Source of the DNA: a bacterium
GTDB taxonomy: Bacteria; Babelota; Babeliae; Babelales; JAUWHS01
NCBI GenBank assembly: GCA_043818275.1
Contig: JBDRFY010000019.1
Span: forward strand, 1 to 19,086
DNA: 19,086 nucleotides
Reading direction: 5' to 3'
Positions 9,109 through 17,392 of the stretch are shown here, piece by piece. Each line of letters begins with the position of its first letter. Positions within the stretch are counted from its first letter, which is position 1. Made by a program: the position numbers and the translations under genes. The notes under the pieces were generated by a model. The model made no database searches. It was not told the DNA's origin and saw only the letters and a list, made by a program, of their open reading frames with translations.

Positions 9109-10489
9109 ATTCTTCTCTGCGTTTTTTTGTTATTGGGTTATCTGGTAACTGATTAATAAATTGATTTGCAACATCTAACAAATTATCTACATTCTCTTCA
9201 TTTATTCGATCTAAATCTTCTATTGTATTTATGTTTTGCCATGGGTTAGGAATATTATATGTAAATGGCCACCAATAAGTCCAAGTAACAGGTTGAAAGA
9301 TTTTTAAATTTTCTGGAATACCTTGTGCGTTAATTAATTGTTTTAGAAAAAATACCTTATCTTCTTTTGTTTTAAAAGTTGGAAATTCATTTTTTATCGC
9401 ATTGATAAAATTTAGCATGTTTTGTCCTGTTGTTTTAGGAATTTCAATTATTTTACGTTTTCGGGTTTCGGTTTGCGTTGTTGTAGTTTTTATTTCGGGC
9501 CGTGGTTTTTCTTTAGTTGTCATTTCTACATCTCTATGTTCCATATCTGATTTTTCGTAAAAAAGAATGTAAGGCATATAAATGTATCCATCATCTTCTT
9601 TTCTGTTACCCAAGGGTGGGGAATTTTGTTCTTGTATTGTTGTATCATCAAATTTATACCATTGATTATTTCGTTTTGTGTAAGCGATGTAGTGACCCGC
9701 TTCTAAGGTTCCGCCTGATTGAGAAACAACTCCAATAAGATTGTAATTTGCATTTTGGTTTTGAATGTTATTGTCTAAATAGTCAGATAAATTTAAATTT
9801 TCTTCGAATGTTATTGAGCGTTTGTTTTTTGTGAAAGTTTGTGTTTTGGTATCATATCTAAATCGCATTAACTGAATGATTAAATATTTTGGTAGAAATG
9901 AAATTTTAGATTGTTTAAAAAAATCTTGTCCTTCTGGGGCCTCTTTTTCAAAAAACTTATTTAAATATTTAGTTAAGGTGTTGTTATTTGTGATGGGAAC
10001 AGAAAGAATTGTTGTTTGTTCTGGTATTCCTAGCCATGAAACGTTATTTTGGGATAAGTGAGTTTGCAGCGTTATATAAATTAATTTTTTAAAATCAGCT
10101 TTTAATTTATAGGTATTTTTTTCGATATCTTTATCTGTTAAATGAAATAAAAGATTAGTTAAAAGTTCATGAGCGTCTTGTTGAGTTTTTTCAGGCCAAC
10201 GAAAATTCTTTTGCATTGATTCATAAAAAGCTTTTGGTTCAAAATAATTAGTTTCTATAATTTGTTTATAAATATTAAATAATTCTAGATATTCTTGAGA
10301 AATAGAATCTTTTTTATAAAGATTAATATTGTTTTCAGCTAACTGATTAAATTTATCCAGGCTGAAGAAACATTGCAGTGTTGCATTCATAAAACATGTG
10401 TTACCCAAATTATTTAATCCAACAGCTTTATCAAGCGCATTTATATTTGTGGTCAAAAAAAATATCAAAAATAAATTTTTAAATTTCAT
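9107..10489 (-). CDS. Secreted USP-family (peptidase C19) ubiquitin-specific protease / deubiquitinase
   Basis: Signal peptide MKFKNLFLIFFLTTNINA. Cys box GLNNLGNTCFMNATLQC (C32), QQDAHELL, LPKYLIIQLMRF, His box YNLIGVVSQSG..AGHYIAY (H266), WYKFDD (D281), YILFY. Confidence 0.92.
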   Translation of the reverse strand: MKFKNLFLIFFLTTNINALDKAVGLNNLGNTCFMNATLQCFFSLDKFNQLAENNINLYKKDSISQEYLELFNIYKQIIETNYFEPKAFYESMQKNFRWPEKTQQDAHELLTNLLFHLTDKDIEKNTYKLKADFKKLIYITLQTHLSQNNVSWLGIPEQTTILSVPITNNNTLTKYLNKFFEKEAPEGQDFFKQSKISFLPKYLIIQLMRFRYDTKTQTFTKNKRSITFEENLNLSDYLDNNIQNQNANYNLIGVVSQSGGTLEAGHYIAYTKRNNQWYKFDDTTIQEQNSPPLGNRKEDDGYIYMPYILFYEKSDMEHRDVEMTTKEKPRPEIKTTTTQTETRKRKIIEIPKTTGQNMLNFINAIKNEFPTFKTKEDKVFFLKQLINAQGIPENLKIFQPVTWTYWWPFTYNIPNPWQNINTIEDLDRINEENVDNLLDVANQFINQLPDNPITKKRREE

Positions 10490-10650
10490 AACAATCCTTT
10501 TTTATGAACTGATAACAAGTATTTAGATTAAAAAATAATTATGAATTTTATCAAATAATTATAAATTTTCTTTTTTAAACACTTTATTGATATCATTTTT
10601 TTTCATAAACTATGCGAAAAAGTTTAAAATTTTTAAAATTTAGGAATTTG

Positions 10651-11172
10651 ATGAAAAAAATGTTTGTTTTATTTTTTTTCTTAACATTTTCTTTGTTTAT
10701 TAATTGTAACTGTATGGAAGATGATGAAGAAATATTAATGTTTCAAGAAGGACATAATCTTACTGAACAAGAATTATTAAAAATAAAAAGGCAATTTGAT
10801 TGCATTCCTGGTAGTAGTTTCATTTTGAATGGTAATAGTCCATTTTTATTGGGTTATTTATGGCTTTACCCGTCAGTTGTTAAAACTAATAATCAATTAG
10901 GCAATACATTGTTGCACATGGCAGCATTTTTTGGTGAAGTTTATTGCGCTTATCTTTGTTTGTATTGGAATGCGGATATAAATAGTCAAAATTGTTTTAA
11001 GCAAACTCCTTTGCATTTGGCTGTTTTGACTAAGGATTTCGATATGATTAAGTTTTTATTGGAAAAGCGCGCAAAATTTGATATTCAGGATACTTCTGGT
11101 AAAACGGCAAAAGATCTGGCAAATGATTCAAATAATCAAAAAATAAGTCAATTATTTAAAAGATACGAATGA
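10651..11172 (+). CDS. Ankyrin-repeat protein with signal peptide
   Basis: GNTLLHMAA, ADINSQNCFKQTPLHLAV, AKFDIQDTSGKTAKDLA. Hydrophobic N-terminus MKKMFVLFFFLTFSLF suggests a start at 10651 rather than 10612. Confidence 0.88.
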   Translation: MKKMFVLFFFLTFSLFINCNCMEDDEEILMFQEGHNLTEQELLKIKRQFDCIPGSSFILNGNSPFLLGYLWLYPSVVKTNNQLGNTLLHMAAFFGEVYCAYLCLYWNADINSQNCFKQTPLHLAVLTKDFDMIKFLLEKRAKFDIQDTSGKTAKDLANDSNNQKISQLFKRYE

Positions 11173-11198
11173 ATTTTAAGGTGTTAGTTTTTAATATC

Positions 11199-11228
11199 TT
11201 GAAGATTATTCAAACTTTTTCATATAAT
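11199..11228 (+). promoter_or_regulatory. Possible sigma70 promoter for the second ankyrin gene
   Basis: TTGAAG, 18 nt, TATAAT. The AT-rich context lowers specificity. Confidence 0.35.
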
Positions 11229-11271
11229 AAAAATGTAATAGTTTTATTTTGTAATTTTAGACGGGGGATTT

Positions 11272-11838
11272 ATGATGATTTATTTTAGAAGAATTCTTTT
11301 TTGTATCTCGTTTTTTTCTTTATCATTTTTTAATGTTTTTGCAGATGATGTTGAGGATTTTAGAAGCGCTGTTAACGATTTAAACGTTGATCAAGTACGA
11401 TCAATTTTAAAAACTAAAAAAGACAATTCATCTGACGATGATTTTTTTGAGTTTGTTAACCATCCAGATAAAAACGGTAATACCGTTTTGCATTTGCTTG
11501 CAGATTTAGCGATTGAAAAAGAAGGTTGGAAATGGAATTCTGATAGAAATGATGAAGAAGAAGTTATTGGATTTGAAAAAACAGTTGAACCAAAGCCAGA
11601 AAGTTTAAAAAAAATCAATAAAATAATAATTATTTTATTGGAAAATGATGCAAGTAAATATGCTGAAAATAATAATGAAGAAACACCAGAAAATATTATT
11701 GAAACTCCTTTTCTCCCCGCGTCTAGGGAATATAAAGAGATTCAAAGCCTTTTAAAAATTTCCAGATTGGAAATTTTGAGGGATTTGTCAATAGGTTATT
11801 TTTATGATTTATGGAAATATTTTTTTCCAGAAAAATAA
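11272..11838 (+). CDS. Secreted protein with degenerate ankyrin repeat(s)
   Basis: Signal peptide ending ...NVFA. FVNHPDKNGNTVLHLLAD and IIILLENDASKYAENNNEETP. RBS GGGGA. Confidence 0.7.
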   Translation: MMIYFRRILFCISFFSLSFFNVFADDVEDFRSAVNDLNVDQVRSILKTKKDNSSDDDFFEFVNHPDKNGNTVLHLLADLAIEKEGWKWNSDRNDEEEVIGFEKTVEPKPESLKKINKIIIILLENDASKYAENNNEETPENIIETPFLPASREYKEIQSLLKISRLEILRDLSIGYFYDLWKYFFPEK

Positions 11839-12327
11839 TATTTCTTGTTTTGCGGTTTGCGGAGAATCTGATCCGTGAACCGCATTTTTTTCTGTATTTG
11901 TTCCAAAAATTCTTCGTAGTGTATTTTCTTTGGCTTTTTGAGGATTTGTGTCTCCCATTAGTTGGTGCCATTGTTCAATTCCATCTTCCTTTTGCAAAAT
12001 CATTACAATAATTGGACCTAAAGACATGAAATTTACAAGATCATCGAAAAAAGATTTGTCTTTGTGTATTGCATAAAAGTTTTGAGCTTTTTCTTCAGTT
12101 AATTTTAATTTTTTAATTTTAATTATTTCAAAGCCTTCATTTTCAATTCGATCGATTATTTTACCAGTGTATTTGGCTTCAACAGCATCAGGTTTGATCA
12201 TTGCCAACGTTTGTTCAATTTTTTTATCTGAATTTTTTTTAGAAAATATTTTATTGGTCAGATAGATATCTGTTATTAATAAAAGAATGCCTAAGATAAC
12301 TATAGAAAATAAAATTTTTGATTTCAT
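11809..12327 (-). CDS. ndk: Nucleoside diphosphate kinase with an N-terminal hydrophobic anchor/signal
   Basis: EQTLAMIKPDAV, FYAIHKDKSFF, GPIIVMIL, LMGDTNP, TLR, NAVHGSDS (catalytic His). About 37-aa N-terminal extension containing ILFSIVILGILLLIT. Confidence 0.93.
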   Translation of the reverse strand: MKSKILFSIVILGILLLITDIYLTNKIFSKKNSDKKIEQTLAMIKPDAVEAKYTGKIIDRIENEGFEIIKIKKLKLTEEKAQNFYAIHKDKSFFDDLVNFMSLGPIIVMILQKEDGIEQWHQLMGDTNPQKAKENTLRRIFGTNTEKNAVHGSDSPQTAKQEILFFWKKIFP

Positions 12328-12334
12328 TTTTAAT

Positions 12335-14956
12335 CTATTTTTTTAGCCAATTTATAATTTGTGTTTTAAGATTTTTTATTTTAATTCCGCCGCCCTGAAG
12401 TAAGTTGTCGCTTCCGCCTCCTTTTAATTGCAATTCATCTCTTAAAAATTTAACGAATTCTTTAAACGCTATCTTTTTTTCAACTGATTTGCTTAACCAG
12501 GCAACAAAATTAATTTGATCTTTTCCTGAAGTCAGGAAAAACAAACATTCTTTTTCTTTTTCAATATCAAGACAAATTTGTTTGAGCTCTATGTTGTTTA
12601 AATCTTCAAGTTCCAGGTATAAAAATGGAATGCCGTTTATTTCTTCAATTGAATTTATCCAAACAGGAATTTTTGATGAAATTATTTGCGCTTTTAAGTT
12701 TTTAATTTGTTTTTCTGTTTCGCGTAGATTGTCTTCCAATTTTTCAACTGCTGAAAGTATATTTTCAGATTTTACTTTAAATTTTTCTGATAAATTTTTT
12801 ATAGAATTAAAATCTTGCTGAAAAAGTTTTACTGCTTGAGGGCCAGTAACTCCTGTAATTCGTCTTACACCTGAAGCAAGAGCGGTATCGCTTAAAATTT
12901 TAAAACAACCAATTTGTCCAGTTCGTTTTAAGTGCGTTCCGCCGCAAAGTTCTGTTGAAAAATCTGGAATTTGAACAACGCGAACTTTTTCAGGATTATA
13001 TTTTTCTCCAAAAAAAGCCATTGCTCCAGCTTCTTTTGCTTTTTGTAAAGTTGTCCAAAATATTTTTAATTCCAGGTCTTCCTGAATTTTGTCGTTTACG
13101 ATTTTTTCGATTTGTTCAATTTCTTGCGGGGTTAATGCTTTGTTGTGAGTTAAATCAAATCTGAAGATTTTATCATCAACAAAAGATCCTGCTTGTTTTA
13201 TGTGTTTTCCTAAAATTTGATGCAATGCGGCTTGAAGCATATGCGTGGCGGTGTGATTTTTTGCCGTATTTATTCTTGAATAATAATCAACAACGCTATG
13301 CGCGATATTACCAACTTTAATTTTTGAATCTTTGCTTTGTTTTATTTTTAACGCGATTATTTTGTTGTTTTTATACAACTCTAATATTTTATAATTTTTG
13401 TCATTAACTGTTATCCAGCCAATATCACTTGCCTGTCCTCCGGATTCAACATAAAATGGAGATTCAGCTGTTATGACCCATAAAAAATCACCATCTATTT
13501 GAGTGAAAATAATTTTACTTTTATTTTCAAGTTCATCATAACCGGTAAATTTTGTTTCAAGATTTTCAGGAATATTTTTAATAATTGTTTTATCTTGCTT
13601 GTCCGCCGAAGCCTTGGCGGAGGAGGATTGTTGTTTTTTCATTTCAGATTCAAAACCTTTCATATCAACATCAAAACTATTTTCCTTTGCAATTACGGTT
13701 GTTAATTCTGGTGGAAAACCATAAGTATCATAAAGTTTAAAAATTTGTTCTCCAGATAATGTTTTTAAATTTAATTTTTTGTTTTCGTTGATATATTTTT
13801 CTAAAATAACTTGGCCTTGAAGTAAGTTTTCTGAAAAGCGTTCAATCTCATTTGTTAAAGTATCAAAAATTAATTGTTCACTTGCTTTTAATTCCGGATA
13901 AATCGGTCCCATTATTTTTATAAGTTCAATGCAAAGAGCTGGGAATAATTTTTGATTATCAGATAATTTTTGAGCAAAAAGAGCGGCGCGTCTTATAATT
14001 TTTCTTAAAACATATCCTCTTCATTCATTTGATGGTATACACCCATCTGCGATTAAAAAAGATGAAGAACGAATATGATCAGCAAGAACATTAAAAGCTG
14101 CTTTCTCTTTTTCGTCCCGATCACCCTGAGCATTCTGCGAAGCAGAATTTGTCGAAGGGGAGTAATTTTTCTTAGTTAATTCTTCTATTTTTTTAATTAA
14201 ATCTTGGAAAATATCTATTTCAAAAAGAGTTTGTTTTTCTTGGACAACCATGCAAAGGCGTTCAAAGCCCATTCCGGTATCAACTCCTGTTTGTTTTAAT
14301 GGTTTTAATTCGCCATCTTGTTGCCTATCGTATTGCATGAAAACAAGATTCCAAATTTCAACAAATCTTTTACAGTCGCATGAGGGATCGCAATTTTTGT
14401 TTTTACATTTTTTATCTACGCCGAAATCCATGTGAATTTCTGTGCATGGTCCACAAGGTCCTGTGTCGCCCATTTGCCAGAAGTTTTCTTTTTCACCAAG
14501 GCGGTAAATTTTGCTTTGGGGTAAACCTATTTTTTTATTCCATATTTCATAAGATTCATCATCTGTTGTAAAAACAGAAACAACTAATTTTTCAGCCGGT
14601 AGTTTTATTTCTTTTGTTAGAAATTCCCAGGCATATTTTATTGCTTCTTCTTTGAAATAATCCCCGAATGAAAAATTTCCCATCATTTCAAAAAATGTTA
14701 GATGTTTATTTGTAAAACCAACAGCCTCCAGATCATTATGTTTTCCACCGGCGCGCACGCATTTTTGAATAGAGCATGCTTTGTCATAAGATCTTTTTTC
14801 TTTTCCCAAGAAAACATCTTTAAATTGATTCATGCCGGCATTGGCAAAAAGCAGAGTTGGATCATTTGCTGGAATTAAACTTGAACTTGGAACAATGGTA
14901 TGATTGTTTTTTTTAAAGAAATTTAAAAATTTTTCTCTAATTTGAAAAGAATTCAT
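12335..14956 (-). CDS. alaS: Alanyl-tRNA synthetase, one reading frame interrupted by a single in-frame TGA (14021-14023)
   Basis: [105 protein letters not shown]. The two ORF-track pieces are in the same frame, joined by 36 sense codons. Confidence 0.95.
13598..13627. repeat. Family-A palindromic element in-frame in alaS ([10 protein letters not shown])
   Basis: cttgtccgccgaagccttggcggaggagga, with a tccgcc/ggcgga stem. GC-rich island in AT-rich coding DNA that aligns with both mnmE family-A copies. Confidence 0.8.
14117..14160 (-). repeat. Family-B palindromic element in-frame in alaS ([15 protein letters not shown])
   Basis: The + strand reads ccgatcaccctgagc-attctgc-gaa-gcagaat-ttgtcgaagggg: outer ccct/aggg ends with a perfect 7-bp inner hairpin (14132-14148). 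Confidence 0.8.
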
Positions 14957-15045
14957 ATTTAACTTTCAATTAAAAAATTTAAAAATAAGTTTTAAATTGC
15001 TTTTTAGCATAGCATTTTTGATTACTGGATCAATTGATATTGATT

Positions 15046-16051
15046 TTAGACTAAAAATTGAAGGTATTTAATAATTGTTATAATAATTATTGAAAAAAAT
15101 GCGGCGACAAGATCGTCAAACATTATTCCAAAACCTGAATCATATCTTTCTTCGATTTTATTTATGAAAGGAAATTTGGTTATATCGAAAAACCTGAATA
15201 AAATAAATGCGAAAACGTAGTAGGCTATAGTTCTTGGTGTGAAAAATAGGATAAGCGCCATTGCGCAAATTTCATCTATTACCACATATTTGGGGGTCGC
15301 TTATTTTGTCAACCTTTGATATTTTTTCAGCAGTCAGTATTCCCGCGATAAATAATATGACCACAAAAATGATTTTGGGATAAATTGGGGTTAGTTCTGT
15401 GAAAAAAAGAATTATGGTTGTTACTAAACTTGCAAATGTTCCGGGTGCGACTGGAAAATAGCCTATATAACTGCAGGTTGAGACAAACTCAAAAAAATCA
15501 TCATTTTTAATCAGATATATTATTCCTGATGAAATTGTAATCATAACGGTTATCGTAAATGAGGCAATTGCTATGCCAAAAGAAACATTAGACAGAAACT
15601 GATTTTTAAAAAATGTCTCAATTAAAACATAAAAAAGGATTAGATAAATTGATATAAACTGAATTGTTGTTTTTATTTTTCCTATATGCAGAGTATCAAT
15701 TTGCTTTCCAGTCAATATTGAATGAACTCTAAGACCTGTTATTAAAAATTCTCTAAAAATTATTATCAAAACTGGAAATAAAGGAATCAGTTTTAATACA
15801 TAGAAGGTTAAAAAAACAGAGGAAAGTAAAATTTTATCTGCCAGGGGGTCCAGGAAAGTTCCCAACATGGAAACAGATTTATACTTTCGCGCAAGTTTAC
15901 CATCATAAAAATCAGTCATAGCAGCTATTGTTATTATAATTAATGCCCCAATTGTATAAAAACCTCCAAGCAGCATTGTGATTACAAAGATTGGGGATAA
16001 TATAATCCGAAGAGTTGTAATTAAATTCGGTAAGGTTATTATTTTTGACAT
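15046..16051 (-). CDS. pgsA: Fused PgsA (CDP-DAG:glycerol-3-P phosphatidyltransferase) and PgpA (phosphatidylglycerophosphatase A), with an apparent 1-nt frameshift in a C5 run
   Basis: PgsA: LPNLITTLRI, TDFYDGKLAR, GTFLDPLADK, REFLITGLR, GKIKTTIQ. In the same frame follows the PgpA motif GYFPVAPGTFASL. Removing one C at 15292-15296 gives DPKYVVIDE, continuing to FILFRFFDITK and GIMFDDLVA. Confidence 0.88.
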
Positions 16052-16138
16052 AATTCTTTTGATTATTTTTAAATTATTATAAATTAGCTTCTAACCGATA
16101 TTAAACCATGATTTTAAGCGTAAAAAAAGAAAAACTCA

Positions 16139-16816
16139 ATGAATAAGAAAAAAATATATATCCTATTTTTTTATTTTATGTCGAATTTATCAGCATTTAA
16201 TGTATTGGAAAAACAACCCCTTGTCATGATTGATCCTGCTGGACATGCAAAAAATGTTGGTCGTAGGCTGATTGAGAGTTATGAAAGGGGTGAAACTTTT
16301 AAATTTGCGGAAAGATTAAAAGATGCATTAAGTGAGAAATATGGCATTCGTTCTGTGTTGACCCGGTTTCCCGGAGAAGAAATAATTGACTTACAGAATG
16401 CTTCTTTTGCAAACAGATTGCAGGTTGATTTTTATATAAGTTTGCATATTTATCGCCAAGATAATGTTAAACCCAAAATTTATATTTATTATTTAGTTTA
16501 TGATCCAGTTGTTGATTTGACTAAAAGAACAATTGATCCATTGAAATTTTTGCCCATTCAGCAGGCACACTTTCCAGGTATAGGAAATACTCTTTTTTCC
16601 TGTAAGAAAATTAAGGAATGTTTTTCTCAGATGGATAACCAAAAAAAGTTTGATTTTTATGGTCCGTATGGAATTCCATTTAAACCTCTGGTTGGTGTTA
16701 CAGCTCCAGCTATTGGTTTAGAAGTCGGTATTGATCAGGAGGATAAATGGTTGAATCTGGTTGAGCCAATAGTTGAAAGTTTAAGTTTTTTATGTGATAA
16801 TGATGGCTCTTGTTAG
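16139..16816 (+). CDS. N-acetylmuramoyl-L-alanine amidase (Amidase_3)-like protein with signal peptide
   Basis: VMIDPAGH, YERGET, VLTR, ANRLQVDFYISLH and PAIGLEVG correspond to the Amidase_3 Zn ligands and catalytic Glu. Confidence 0.75.
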   Translation: MNKKKIYILFFYFMSNLSAFNVLEKQPLVMIDPAGHAKNVGRRLIESYERGETFKFAERLKDALSEKYGIRSVLTRFPGEEIIDLQNASFANRLQVDFYISLHIYRQDNVKPKIYIYYLVYDPVVDLTKRTIDPLKFLPIQQAHFPGIGNTLFSCKKIKECFSQMDNQKKFDFYGPYGIPFKPLVGVTAPAIGLEVGIDQEDKWLNLVEPIVESLSFLCDNDGSC

Positions 16817-16927
16817 GTTCTTTCGCTATTTGTGTTTTAAATTTATTTATCTCATTGGGCGGTAATTTTTTTTGTATCTATTTTTTCTGTCGGTTTGGCA
16901 AAAAATTTAATTTTTAGGAGTATTGTC

Positions 16928-17389
16928 ATGTTTTATTTTACAACAAGTGCCAACTTTATACCTTATTTTTGGCTTATAATGGCAATTTTTTTGCTTCTGG
17001 CTGAAATTGGAACACCGGGTTTATTTGTGTTTATAGCATTTGCAATTGGTTGTCTGATTACAGGAATTGTCGCCTTTTTTGTTTTTTCTTTTGTTGTTCA
17101 GTGTTGGATAGCTTTAATAATTTCGGTTTTGGCTTTTGCTGCATTAAAGTATTTTTTTGCGTCCAGAGTAAAAAGTTTTGGTGAAAAGGAAACCAATTTT
17201 GATGCTTTGACTGGAAAAAAAGGTATTGTTGTAAAAGAGATTAATCCTAATGAAAAAGGTCTGGTAAGGATTGGCGGTGAAATTTGGTCTGCTGTTGTTA
17301 AAGGTGATGAAGTTTTGAAGAAAGATGTTGTTGTAAAAGTTGTTAATGTTGAAGGTAATAAACTGGTTGTAAAACCATTCAGGGAGTAA
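16928..17389 (+). CDS. NfeD family membrane protein (short, OB-fold type)
   Basis: LLLAEIGTPGLF, N-terminal TM helices, DALTGKKGIV, GLVRIGGEIWSA, VKVVNVEGNKLVV. AGGAG (16916-16920) precedes the ATG at 16928. Confidence 0.9.
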   Translation: MFYFTTSANFIPYFWLIMAIFLLLAEIGTPGLFVFIAFAIGCLITGIVAFFVFSFVVQCWIALIISVLAFAALKYFFASRVKSFGEKETNFDALTGKKGIVVKEINPNEKGLVRIGGEIWSAVVKGDEVLKKDVVVKVVNVEGNKLVVKPFRE

Positions 17390-17392
17390 ATC

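Noticed and set aside
11809..11838. 30-nt convergent overlap between the second ankyrin gene and ndk
   Set aside because: Short tail-to-tail overlaps are common in compact genomes, and nothing suggests a special function.
4022..14160. Palindromic repeats as a CRISPR array, inteins or introns
   Set aside because: The copies are dispersed, not regularly spaced, only 25-60 nt long, and lack intein (C...HN) or intron signatures.
12335..14956. Naturally split two-subunit AlaRS
   Set aside because: The 36 codons between the two ORFs encode the conserved [13 protein letters not shown] helix in-frame, with no start codon or RBS directly after the TGA, so this is one gene.
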